IMG/VR virus record: IMGVR_UViG_3300021255_001591
Coordinates: 1 to 28,073 of that record
Length of the DNA stretch: 28,073 nt
From: a virus
Strand: one strand, 5' to 3'
Part shown: one piece after another, positions 13,048-21,339 of the stretch
How positions within the stretch are numbered: position 1 is the stretch's first letter
Layout: each line of letters starts with the position of its first letter
Program-made: the position numbers and the translations under genes
Notes under the pieces: model-generated
What the model saw: the letters and a program-made list of their open reading frames with translations, nothing else
Told to the model about the DNA's origin: nothing
Databases searched by the model: none

Positions 13048-13521
13048 ATGACTATAGGCGAAAGAATAAAAACATTGCGAAAAGAATTAAAATTCACATT
13101 AGAGAATTTTGGTTTAAGACTTGGTATAACAAAAAGCGCTCTAAGCATGCTTGAAAGTGGAAAAAATAATCCATCAGAGCAAACAATAATGCTCATCTGT
13201 CGTGAATTTAATGTGAATGAAGAGTGGTTAAGAAACGGCACGGGAGAAATGTTCAATACCTCTTCCGGCAGCCAAGCTCTTGATGAGCTAAAGAAAGAAT
13301 TTAACTTAGACGATTTTTCGGTAAAGTTGATAAAGGCATTTTCGGAATTGACCGATGAGCAAAGAGCTTCGGTGAAAGATTTTATTGAAAATTTGGGTGA
13401 TCTTACGGGAGAGAATGAGAAATCTATAGAAGAGCTTGAGACGGAATATAAAAAAGCCTTAGGTTTTGCACCGAGCACAAGCTCATCTGCTTCGAATATC
13501 ACAGACGAAAAAGAGGCTTGA
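13048..13521 (+). CDS. CI-like phage repressor, XRE-family HTH, no recognisable S24 peptidase domain
   Basis: 157 aa from the ATG at 13048 (SD ggaggtg). MTIGERIKTLRKELKFTLENFGLRLGITKSALSMLESGKNNPSEQTIMLICREFNVNEEWL is a canonical XRE HTH. The track start at 12997 lies inside the promoter. Confidence 0.85.
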   Translation: MTIGERIKTLRKELKFTLENFGLRLGITKSALSMLESGKNNPSEQTIMLICREFNVNEEWLRNGTGEMFNTSSGSQALDELKKEFNLDDFSVKLIKAFSELTDEQRASVKDFIENLGDLTGENEKSIEELETEYKKALGFAPSTSSSASNITDEKEA

Positions 13522-13531
13522 AATAAAAAAA

Positions 13532-13563
13532 TCCCTCCGGGGGTAGTTTTGAACCCGGAGGGA
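13532..13563 (-). terminator. GC-rich hairpin with U-tract only in minus sense, between the repressor and integrase genes
   Basis: tccctccggg / cccggaggga forms a 10-bp stem with a 12-nt loop. The + strand A7 run upstream (13525-13531) becomes T7 after the stem in minus sense. No T-run follows in plus sense. Confidence 0.5.
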
Positions 13564-13653
13564 CGGAGGACTTCCTAACGGTGGAAGTTATGATGTTCTC
13601 GATTAAGCTAAAGGAAAGCGGGAAGTACTTAGCCTCGAAGAACACTATACTTA

Positions 13654-13677
13654 ATACTTAAGTATATACTTAAGTAT
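13654..13677. repeat. Tandem duplication of a 12-bp perfect palindrome ATACTTAAGTAT upstream of int
   Basis: atacttaagtat occurs at 13654-13665 and 13666-13677, with a partial copy tatacttaa at 13646-13654. It lies 62-85 bp upstream of the integrase ATG. Confidence 0.8.
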
Positions 13678-13738
13678 ATCACTTTTCTTCCAAAGAGTCA
13701 ACCTTGCGAGTGGGCGATTTTTTAAGGAGGAAATAAAA

Positions 13739-14737
13739 ATGAAAAATCCTAACGGATACGGAACTATTGTTAAATTGCACGGCAACAGGCGGCGGCCTTA
13801 CGCTACAAAGATAACTTTTGTAACACTTGATGCTATAACAAATACCTATGTACGAAAAAGCAAATATTTGGGCTATTACGAAACGCATGAAGAAGCTCTT
13901 ACAGCTCTTGCAAAACATAACATCGGAAGTATTCCCGAGAGTATAGTCGATTTGACATTTAAGGAAGTGTGGGATATATGGGCAAAGAGAAATTTGGAGA
14001 AAGGTTCAAGCTCCCGTACAAGCGCATACACCACCGCAATAAAAAAGTGGGTGCCCATATACAACAAGCGCATGACCGATATTAAGCTCATCCATTTACA
14101 AGATATTATAGACGAGTACGAAGGGCAAAGCAAGAGCGCACTCAATAATATGAAATTGGTAGCAAATTTTGTTTTTGAATGGTCGATAAAAAATGATTTA
14201 ATCACAAAGAATTATGTTGAGTATCTCGATCTGAATCCGAAAGATGTTGCAAACCATGTGCCACTTTCACACGAAGAGTTTAACAGAGCTGTGAATTTGC
14301 CGTTGTCCGAAACAAGTGCCCTGATCAACATTTATCTGCGGTGTGGTTGCCGTCCCTCGGAGCTGCTTACGCTGCCACTGGAAGATGTGCATCTGAACGA
14401 AAGATATTTTGAGCTCAAAAGAGCCAAAACAAAAGCCGGCATAAGAATCGTTCCCATTGCCGAAAAAGCGGTGCAGAGCTTTGAATATCTTACAAAAAAT
14501 GCTTCAAAATTTCTTACAAACATAGATTACCAAGATTACCGCACCCAATTTAACAACCTTGTCCCCGGACATGTCCCCCACGATACCAGAGCAACCTTTA
14601 TATCTTTTATGCAGGAAAAGGAAGTCCCGTTACCAATAATTCAAAAAATAGTCGGGCATGTTTCGGGAAACATCACCACCGATGTTTACACTAAAATTTC
14701 GCTTGAACCAATGCTGAAAGCGGTCAATAATTTGTAA
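13739..14737 (+). CDS. int: Tyrosine integrase (site-specific recombinase, phage integrase family)
   Basis: 332 aa with SD aaggagg. It has an N-terminal SAM-like domain. Catalytic residues are CGCRPSEL (R), HVPHDTRAT (HxxR), GHVSG (H) and DVYTK (Y). Confidence 0.9.
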   Translation: MKNPNGYGTIVKLHGNRRRPYATKITFVTLDAITNTYVRKSKYLGYYETHEEALTALAKHNIGSIPESIVDLTFKEVWDIWAKRNLEKGSSSRTSAYTTAIKKWVPIYNKRMTDIKLIHLQDIIDEYEGQSKSALNNMKLVANFVFEWSIKNDLITKNYVEYLDLNPKDVANHVPLSHEEFNRAVNLPLSETSALINIYLRCGCRPSELLTLPLEDVHLNERYFELKRAKTKAGIRIVPIAEKAVQSFEYLTKNASKFLTNIDYQDYRTQFNNLVPGHVPHDTRATFISFMQEKEVPLPIIQKIVGHVSGNITTDVYTKISLEPMLKAVNNL

Positions 14738-14750
14738 CTAATTTGTAACT
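14729..14750. repeat. Tandem 11-bp repeat aatttgtaact x2 spanning the int stop codon
   Basis: aatttgtaact occurs at 14729-14739 and 14740-14750, with a third copy at 14893-14903. Confidence 0.7.
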
Positions 14751-14892
14751 AACGACCTAAAAAGCAAAAAATAAAAACCCCCATAATCCCGTATTTTTCG
14801 GGGTTTCAAAATGGGGACAAAATAATACTATTTTATAATTTCAAATTGATAAAATTGTGATTTAAAGCCTACTCACAAGGAATGTTGTAAAC

Positions 14893-14903
14893 AATTTGTA
14901 ACT
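14893..14903. repeat. Third copy of aatttgtaact (candidate Int arm-type site / attP region)
   Basis: This is an exact 11-mer (13-mer with the trailing aa) matching 14729-14750. It lies in the 290-bp non-coding region downstream of int. Confidence 0.6.
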
Positions 14904-14906
14904 AAT

Positions 14907-14948
14907 AAAGGCACGATTGTATATATTTCGTGCCTTTTTTTATTTTTA
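14907..14948 (+). terminator. Intrinsic terminator downstream of the int region
   Basis: aaaggcacga-ttgtatatatt-tcgtgccttt forms a 10-bp stem and is followed by tttttatttttatt. Confidence 0.8.
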
Positions 14949-15010
14949 TTATATCAAATATTTCTTCCTTTGTTCAAGAAAAATTTTTTTACATAAATTT
15001 AAATTTTATA

Positions 15011-15039
15011 TTGACTTTATGTAAACTCTATGATATACT
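15011..15039 (+). promoter_or_regulatory. Strong sigma-70-type promoter of the moron cassette (TTGACT-17-TGaTATACT)
   Basis: TTGACT is at 15011-15016 and the extended -10 tgatatact at 15031-15039, with 17-nt spacing. This is 48 nt upstream of the GNAT ATG. Confidence 0.7.
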
Positions 15040-15086
15040 ATAGTTACAGTAAAGGAAAGCAAAAAAGCAAAGAAAGGAAGAGCACC

Positions 15087-15425
15087 ATGTTAAAGATAGA
15101 AAAAAGACTTGCAGAAAATGAGGATGCATACAAATTTTATGATATCGACATCATTCTCGATGATGTGAAAATAGGTTATGCGGAGCTGTTTATTATAGAC
15201 GAGTACAACTACATAAAAAGCATTGAAATAAAAAAAGAGTATAGAAACAAAGGATACGGAACAAAAGTATTAACAGACCTTGCAGCAGAGCTCGATGGAC
15301 TGTATATCTGCCCGGATAACAACGATGCCGAAAGACTATATGCAAGGCTCGGAGACGAAACAAGTGCACCCGGATGTTTGGAAAGTGAAACTGACGAATA
15401 CGGCACTATGTACTATATAGGATAA
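15087..15425 (+). CDS. Small GNAT-family N-acetyltransferase (moron)
   Basis: 112 aa from the ATG at 15087 (SD aaaggaag). The acetyl-CoA motif is IEIKKEYRNKGYGTKVLTDL (R-x-x-G-x-G). The track start at 15030 lies inside the promoter. Confidence 0.75.
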   Translation: MLKIEKRLAENEDAYKFYDIDIILDDVKIGYAELFIIDEYNYIKSIEIKKEYRNKGYGTKVLTDLAAELDGLYICPDNNDAERLYARLGDETSAPGCLESETDEYGTMYYIG

Positions 15426-15482
15426 AAAATTATTAAGCAAGCAAAAGGCGGCAAACAGCCGCCAAAGAAAGGAGAAATAAAA

Positions 15483-15902
15483 ATGAAAAAAATTATCAAT
15501 GGAAGACTTTATGACACAGAGACAGCAAAAGAGCTTGGAAGTGACGGTTACAGCAACCGCCGAGACTTCCACTACTGGGCGGAAACACTCTACAAAAAAA
15601 GAACAGGGGAGTTTTTTATATATGGTGAGGGAGGACCCTTATCAAAATATGCCGAAGCCGTCGGCTTAAATGGATGGTCGGGCGGCGAGCGTATAATGCC
15701 GCTCAGCTATGCAGAAGCTCAAAAATGGGCTGAAGAACATCTTAACGGAGATGAATATATAGAAATCTTCGGCGAACCCGAAGAGGATGATACAAAGCAA
15801 AAAATAACGCTGTCGCTATCAGTGGCGGCGATTGCCAAAGCCAAGCAAGAAGCGGCAAAAGCAGGAATAACGTTATCCGCTTACGTAGAAAATCTTATAT
15901 AA
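15483..15902 (+). CDS. Hypothetical protein with C-terminal ribbon-helix-helix-like tail
   Basis: 139 aa with SD aaaggaga. The C-terminal KITLSLSVAAIAKAKQEAAKAGITLSAYVENLI has a beta-strand, helix, helix pattern like CopG/RHH. Confidence 0.65.
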   Translation: MKKIINGRLYDTETAKELGSDGYSNRRDFHYWAETLYKKRTGEFFIYGEGGPLSKYAEAVGLNGWSGGERIMPLSYAEAQKWAEEHLNGDEYIEIFGEPEEDDTKQKITLSLSVAAIAKAKQEAAKAGITLSAYVENLI

Positions 15903-15912
15903 AAAATGGTAA

Positions 15913-15932
15913 AGGGCGTGAATCCACGCCCT
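15913..15932. terminator. Hairpin terminator between convergent genes
   Basis: agggcgtg-aatc-cacgccct forms an 8-bp GC-rich stem. It is flanked by an A-run upstream and tattttattt downstream. Confidence 0.75.
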
Positions 15933-15936
15933 TATT

Positions 15937-17250
15937 TTATTTAACATACATAACCATTTCTTTTACTTCGTTCGCACCTGTTTTTTTGAAAAATCGCATC
16001 TTGTAAACGTTGCCGTTTTTCTTCCTGTACCATGTTGCTTTTCTTCCCGTGTTTCTGGTACGCAAATACTGAACACTTCCTGCCCAGTGCCAAGGATCCA
16101 CCGGCAGCGTATTATATAAATCATATCCCTGGTAGTTATCAATTACCAGTAGGCCATGAGGACCCGAGTTGTAAAATGCATTATAACTACTACCGCAATT
16201 AAAGTGGTATGGTACATAAGCGTATTCAAGATTTGTCATATTTGCAAATGCTGTTAAGCTTCCTGCTCCAAGCCAACCGGGATCAATGATCAATCGTTTT
16301 ATGTATGTGTTGTAATAAAAAGGTCCCTCCGCGACGGCTCCCGTTTCGGGGTCGTAATATTCACCGATGGAACGCAACACATTCGGTGCCGGCAAGTTTA
16401 CCACCGTTGCTTTTAAATTATAGAAACAAGACGGTCCCAGATATGTAGCATTTGGATTTAATGTAAAGCTTGCAAGTGTGTCCGAATCGTCATAAGTTGG
16501 CAAGCACCTTTTTCCGAAATAGAGCACTTGTTCAAAATTTATTATATCACTGCCGGAGGGGAACGATGTATTTAAACCGAAATTGTTTATTTTTGTTATA
16601 GTTTGTACATTGTGGAGCTTAACAGCCGCAGGCGTAAAGCCTTGCCTTCCCGTTGCTTCATAAAAAGCATGGTCGGGTATCTCTGTAAGGTTGAGCTTAA
16701 GCTCAATCTTATAAGTGTCTCCTATGCAATGTACCCACGCAAAAGCATACTTACCTAAGTTTGAAATGCCGGCTCCTGAAAGAGATTGTGTTATGCCTCT
16801 TGCCCATCTGCCTGCAAAAGCATACTCTCCCACACTTACAAGAGATGAAGGGAGATTAATATCGTAAAGAGGCACCGTTGGTATGCTTCCCGTTTCCGAA
16901 TAGCAAAAGGCATAAGTGCCTATAGTGGTAAAGTTTTCGGGAATCGTTATGATATATGGAGTAGCATCGTAAAAACCTATTGCGGATAAATCGCTGTATG
17001 AATTGTTTATAGGTTCCCCTTTAAAAGCATTGTCGCATATAGTGGTACCGGCAGAAAGAAAATATAAATTATCTACCGGTACGTTTAAGCTCTTCCACGG
17101 TGTTGATGTAACGCTGCCGTCAATAAGAAGTGCCGATCTGTAGGGTGTAGTTACTCCCGTTGTGGTATTGATTCTATAATTTATCCAAAATTCGTAAGTT
17201 CCTCCACAATCTCCGGAGTCTGCAAGTCGCCACTCGTAAACAATAGCCAT
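15937..17250 (-). CDS. BspA-like leucine-rich-repeat (LRR_5-type) protein, putative receptor-binding/tail-tip protein
   Basis: 437 aa and the last gene of the tail module. It has repeated motifs such as IPENFTTIGTYAFCYSE, INLPSSLVSVGEYAFAG, ISNLGKYAFAWV, LTEIPDHAFYEA and LRSIGEY. Confidence 0.6.
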   Translation of the reverse strand: MAIVYEWRLADSGDCGGTYEFWINYRINTTTGVTTPYRSALLIDGSVTSTPWKSLNVPVDNLYFLSAGTTICDNAFKGEPINNSYSDLSAIGFYDATPYIITIPENFTTIGTYAFCYSETGSIPTVPLYDINLPSSLVSVGEYAFAGRWARGITQSLSGAGISNLGKYAFAWVHCIGDTYKIELKLNLTEIPDHAFYEATGRQGFTPAAVKLHNVQTITKINNFGLNTSFPSGSDIINFEQVLYFGKRCLPTYDDSDTLASFTLNPNATYLGPSCFYNLKATVVNLPAPNVLRSIGEYYDPETGAVAEGPFYYNTYIKRLIIDPGWLGAGSLTAFANMTNLEYAYVPYHFNCGSSYNAFYNSGPHGLLVIDNYQGYDLYNTLPVDPWHWAGSVQYLRTRNTGRKATWYRKKNGNVYKMRFFKKTGANEVKEMVMYVK

Positions 17251-18888
17251 TTATGTCACCGCCTCCAAAATATAACCCACGTCACCCGTGGCATAGTCGG
17301 AGCTGTACATATCCGCCACCGCTGTTATTTCTTTTGCAAATATCCCCTCAAACTCCATTTCGGTATAATTTGTATCAAATGTTGGAATTTTAACAGGGAA
17401 CTCGGTTGTTTGCTGTCCCGTGTCGGCATACTCAAAATTGGAGGAAGTAAAGTACAAGGGCGAGCCATTAACAGTAACATTTTGCGTATTTGCCGATGTG
17501 TAGTAATAGTAAGTGTTGCCCTGCTGATCCGTGTCGCTTGAAGGCTGCGTGAATGTTACTCTTCTTTTTACCATAACATTGCCCTCGCTTGAGAATATGA
17601 CGGCCGTCATACTCGAAGGTAAAGAACCGCTCACAAATAGCCATCGGTCAAGGGTGCTGTTATACTTTAACGCCCATGCTTTAAGCTCTGTGAACATTTC
17701 TAATCCTTCCAAAGGCATTCCGCCACCACCGCCACCGGCGACTTTCTTTATAGCTTCGTTTGTTTCCGTGCCATCCTCAAGAATTGTTTTTGCCATAAAG
17801 CCGTCCGAAGTCTTGTTGATTGGTTTGTTTATTTCGTAAGATGATGTTTTTGCCGTCCTTGCAGCATAAGTTCTTGTGTAGGCTCCATCATATTTTGTTG
17901 TGATAGAAAAAACTACGCTCTGTTGTTGGCCGCCGTCTCGATCCACTATCAAAACACAGTCGCCCGGCTTTACCGATACATTTCCGGGACAAGTTGCCTC
18001 AAAACCGATATAATTCAATCCGTTAAGATACTCCCATATTTTGGTATAATTGTAAGTTTCTTGTTCCCCGGAAGGTATTTGCAAATACTTCAAGAGCTCA
18101 TTGTCTACATCCACAATTAAATTGTATTGTCCGGAGCTTGGTGTGGAACTTGAATAAAAAACATCGTTTATGTTTATGGCATTTACTTTTGATGTACACA
18201 TTGCCGTGCTGAAACGATATGTGATAGATGGAGTTATGGTGTATGTGGCTTGGTACGAATCGGGCAACTTTGTCATGCTTATAGTTGTTGCCGATCCTGT
18301 CGGATCTATATAGGCATTTGCACAACCCAAGCCTGCAATCATACCCACAAGCTCTCTGCCTGTGGGCTTATGTGCTAATGTGTCCACAAAATCACCGAAT
18401 TTAAACATGTCAAAATCGGAAGAGGTAACAAAGTTCGGAAGAACCACGCTTACCCCGTATTTGTCATCGATTAGATCTCTAAAGTCGTTAACGGAAAACG
18501 CTGTTTCTTGTCTTAAGCTCTCTATCTCCGTGTCGGTAAGTTCCAAAGGGTTACCCAGTACGGTAATCATTGCATCGGCACCTTTTACCGTGGTTAAAAT
18601 GCCGTCTTTTTCAAGCTCCGTAACGCTGCCTTTTGCAATCGTCGTTGTAACGCCTGTATCGGAATTTGTGAGATTTACTACAATACTGTCACCAATGCCG
18701 ATATCGCTTACATTGTTGGGTTGTCCGTCATAATTGATATTATAGAGCTGCATAGTATATGTGGAAGCTCCCGTGTTGCCAACAGATATAGAGCTGTCAT
18801 TTATCAAGGCATCATTTATTTCAAGTGACTTAAGATTTCCATCATCAAAGTAATAAGAGCCTATGGTTATGCTTATAGTATATGACAT
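17251..18888 (-). CDS. Tail-associated protein (Tal-position baseplate/tip protein)
   Basis: 545 aa from the ATG at 18888 (SD gaggtga). It sits two genes downstream of the tape measure, after the Dit-position gene. It contains an internal GGGGGG linker. Confidence 0.55.
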   Translation of the reverse strand: MSYTISITIGSYYFDDGNLKSLEINDALINDSSISVGNTGASTYTMQLYNINYDGQPNNVSDIGIGDSIVVNLTNSDTGVTTTIAKGSVTELEKDGILTTVKGADAMITVLGNPLELTDTEIESLRQETAFSVNDFRDLIDDKYGVSVVLPNFVTSSDFDMFKFGDFVDTLAHKPTGRELVGMIAGLGCANAYIDPTGSATTISMTKLPDSYQATYTITPSITYRFSTAMCTSKVNAININDVFYSSSTPSSGQYNLIVDVDNELLKYLQIPSGEQETYNYTKIWEYLNGLNYIGFEATCPGNVSVKPGDCVLIVDRDGGQQQSVVFSITTKYDGAYTRTYAARTAKTSSYEINKPINKTSDGFMAKTILEDGTETNEAIKKVAGGGGGGMPLEGLEMFTELKAWALKYNSTLDRWLFVSGSLPSSMTAVIFSSEGNVMVKRRVTFTQPSSDTDQQGNTYYYYTSANTQNVTVNGSPLYFTSSNFEYADTGQQTTEFPVKIPTFDTNYTEMEFEGIFAKEITAVADMYSSDYATGDVGYILEAVT

Positions 18889-18892
18889 AAAA

Positions 18893-19327
18893 TCACCTCT
18901 CTGTAAGCTCAAGCGACAGCCCGTTCCAAAGTCCCGTTACCGCTCCCGTTTTCGATATCCCCTTAAGGCCAATGTAAGGAACCGTTCTATCGGACACATA
19001 GGCGGTTATTGTTTCCGGAAGTCCCGTTGACGATGTAACGGGATCAAGATATTTTACGCCAACATACACACCACTCATAAGAGGGGTGAGCACTATATTA
19101 GATTCCGCAGGAGATAAGGGACGAAATGTTAAAGATATTCGCCGTTTGGTTGTTATTTTGTTTTTGATGTATGCTCCGTTGGTGGTCCTTCCCGATTGAG
19201 ATTCTATATCCACTATATCAACCTTGAAGCTTTCGAGATACTCCGTGATATTGACATAAGTGCCTACCGTACCGTTTACTATTGGTGCGACAAAGCAAAC
19301 CTCGCTTATATATGTACTTGTATCCAT
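18893..19327 (-). CDS. Distal tail protein (Dit)-position protein
   Basis: 144 aa, immediately downstream of the tape measure gene. The assignment is positional only. Confidence 0.45.
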   Translation of the reverse strand: MDTSTYISEVCFVAPIVNGTVGTYVNITEYLESFKVDIVDIESQSGRTTNGAYIKNKITTKRRISLTFRPLSPAESNIVLTPLMSGVYVGVKYLDPVTSSTGLPETITAYVSDRTVPYIGLKGISKTGAVTGLWNGLSLELTER

Positions 19328-19329
19328 TA

Positions 19330-21339
19330 TTACACCTCCAAAACAACACGGCCTGCTTTTCTTTGCAGTTCATTTATACTGTCCACTACCAAACGGCCGA
19401 AGCTCTGACCGCCGATATTCAATTCAATCGTAATAGGTTTATCATAAGAGCTTGATGCGGCGGAAGTCTGAGCTGTGGTCGTTCCCACTGCTACAGGTGA
19501 ACCGCTCAGTACTCCGTTAAGCTCTCCGTTAAAGCCTTGTTTAATATCATCATTCAAACCTCCCACGCTTGCAAGTACGGTTCCTGTAGAGCTTGCTATA
19601 CCTTCGGCAAGGCCTTCACCCATAAAGTTGCCCATTTCAGCCATAACAGCAGAGGGGGAGTGTATTCCCCACGCTTCACGGAAAATATCAATTACAGATT
19701 GTCCAAAGCTTTTTATTTTTTCTACTATCCAGTCTTTTGCGTTACTAATGCCATTCCAAATGCCTTGAACTATCATTGTGCCGGCTTCTTTAAATCGGTC
19801 GATTACGGCATTAATTGCAACTATCGCTCCTTTGCCCAGTGAATACATTATATTGCCAAGGCATTCAAGCAGTTTCGGTATGCCGTAGATCAATCCTTCA
19901 CCGAACTTTAATATTATCAGCCCCGCTGCATCAAATAATTTGGTTAGAGTGGTGGGATCACTGAGAGCAACTTCTATTTTTTCTATAATCATCGGTATCT
20001 TTTCAATCAATATCGGCAATGCCTCAGCAATACCAAGAGTAAGCCCAGTGATAATAGAAATGGCTGCATCTAACAAAAGTGATAAATTGTCGCTGTCCGT
20101 CAGCACATCTACTATAGCAAGCATTATATTGACTACTTGAGGTACAAGTGTAGGTAGCGATTCCCCTATACCGTTTCCAATGGCAAGTACTATTTGCAAC
20201 GCAGTTTCTGCCAGTATAGGCAATAAAGTAAGTATCATTTGTCCAATCTGCCCGATACCCTCGGTAAGAGCCGGGAGGATAGCCGTTATAATGGTAGGCA
20301 AATTATTTCCGATGGCTGTTATTATAGATGTTGCTGCTGAAATAGCAGCAGGAAGAACGGCTACTAAAAGTTCGGGAAGAGTTTTTGATATCATAGGGGA
20401 GAGCTTAGTGACAAGTTGAGGGAGAGCTTTGCCTATTGCTGTTGTTATCCTTTGCAGGGCAGGAAAAATATTGTCGCTGACGGCTCCCAAAGATTGCATT
20501 AAATTTTCTACCAAGCCGTCAAGAGGAGCATCTTCACGGCCGAATCCCGTTATAAGGTTTTCCCATGAAGCTTTTAACATGTTGAGAGAGCCTGAAATGG
20601 TTGTAGCACCTTCTTCTTGTGTGGCGTTGGCTATTCCCATTTTATCTTGGATTACACCTATTGCCGTTGCTATGTCCGCAAAGGAGGAAATATCATAATT
20701 CACTCCACTTATTGCTGCTGCATCTTGTAGGAGCCTTTCCATCTCTTCTTTGGTGCCGCCGTAACCGAGCTTAAGGTTATCGAGCATGGTGTAATTTTGT
20801 TTGGCAAAACCTTGGTAAGCATTTTGAATGGCTTCCATCGAGGTGCCCATCTTGTTGGCATTGTCTGCCATGTCAATTATAGCTCTGTTGGCTACATCTG
20901 CCGCTTTGTCGGTGTCACCGCCTAAGGATTGAATTAGAGAAGCAGAAAAGGAAGTAACGGTTTCCATGTATTGATTACTTGACATTCCTGCCTTTTCAAA
21001 CGCTCCTGCAGCGTTGTTAAGTACCTTTTGCTGTGCATCTCCGAAAAGGGTTTGCACACCCCCCTCAAGCTGTTCGTAATTTGCATAAGCGTCAAGGGCT
21101 TGTTTCCCCAGAACCCCCACAGCAGCACTCGCTGCTCCGAGGCCTGCCGCTGCTGCCGATCCGATTCCTGCCGCAACCGATCCCAATCCTTTTAAGGCAT
21201 TGCCAAATGCAGAGGAAAAGCTTTTTCCGGAAGCCGCTCCGTTTTCGTTAAATGCCTTTTCGAGATTTTCTTTCAAACCCTTTGTTGTCGGCATTATCTG
21301 CACATAAGCTTGAGCAATAGCGCTATTCTCGTTTGCCAT
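19330..21339 (-). CDS. Tail tape measure protein
   Basis: 669 aa. It is Ala/Gly/Ile/Leu-rich with long hydrophobic helical central repeats. It follows the G/G-T chaperone genes. Confidence 0.9.
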   Translation of the reverse strand: MANENSAIAQAYVQIMPTTKGLKENLEKAFNENGAASGKSFSSAFGNALKGLGSVAAGIGSAAAAGLGAASAAVGVLGKQALDAYANYEQLEGGVQTLFGDAQQKVLNNAAGAFEKAGMSSNQYMETVTSFSASLIQSLGGDTDKAADVANRAIIDMADNANKMGTSMEAIQNAYQGFAKQNYTMLDNLKLGYGGTKEEMERLLQDAAAISGVNYDISSFADIATAIGVIQDKMGIANATQEEGATTISGSLNMLKASWENLITGFGREDAPLDGLVENLMQSLGAVSDNIFPALQRITTAIGKALPQLVTKLSPMISKTLPELLVAVLPAAISAATSIITAIGNNLPTIITAILPALTEGIGQIGQMILTLLPILAETALQIVLAIGNGIGESLPTLVPQVVNIMLAIVDVLTDSDNLSLLLDAAISIITGLTLGIAEALPILIEKIPMIIEKIEVALSDPTTLTKLFDAAGLIILKFGEGLIYGIPKLLECLGNIMYSLGKGAIVAINAVIDRFKEAGTMIVQGIWNGISNAKDWIVEKIKSFGQSVIDIFREAWGIHSPSAVMAEMGNFMGEGLAEGIASSTGTVLASVGGLNDDIKQGFNGELNGVLSGSPVAVGTTTAQTSAASSSYDKPITIELNIGGQSFGRLVVDSINELQRKAGRVVLEV

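Noticed and set aside
12978-13502. 174-aa minus-strand ORF covering the repressor gene
   Set aside because: It is an antisense shadow of a well-supported XRE repressor gene. It is a Ser/Phe-rich low-complexity translation with no SD, and its start lies in the switch region.
13565-13590. tRNA-like anticodon arm (acttcc-taacggt-ggaagt)
   Set aside because: The 7-nt loop lacks the conserved U at position 33. No acceptor, D or T arms can be built around it.
11328-13677. Tandem repeats (21-bp iterons, 12-bp palindromes) as a CRISPR array
   Set aside because: There are only two to three directly abutting copies with no spacers. One set is inside a coding gene. No cas genes are present.
14775-14812. 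aaacccc...ggggttt hairpin after int as a terminator or the attP core with a tRNA 3' end
   Set aside because: The stem is short, the loop is 17 nt, and there is no clear U-tract. I could not fit a tRNA T-arm or acceptor pattern, so it is left unassigned within the candidate attP region.
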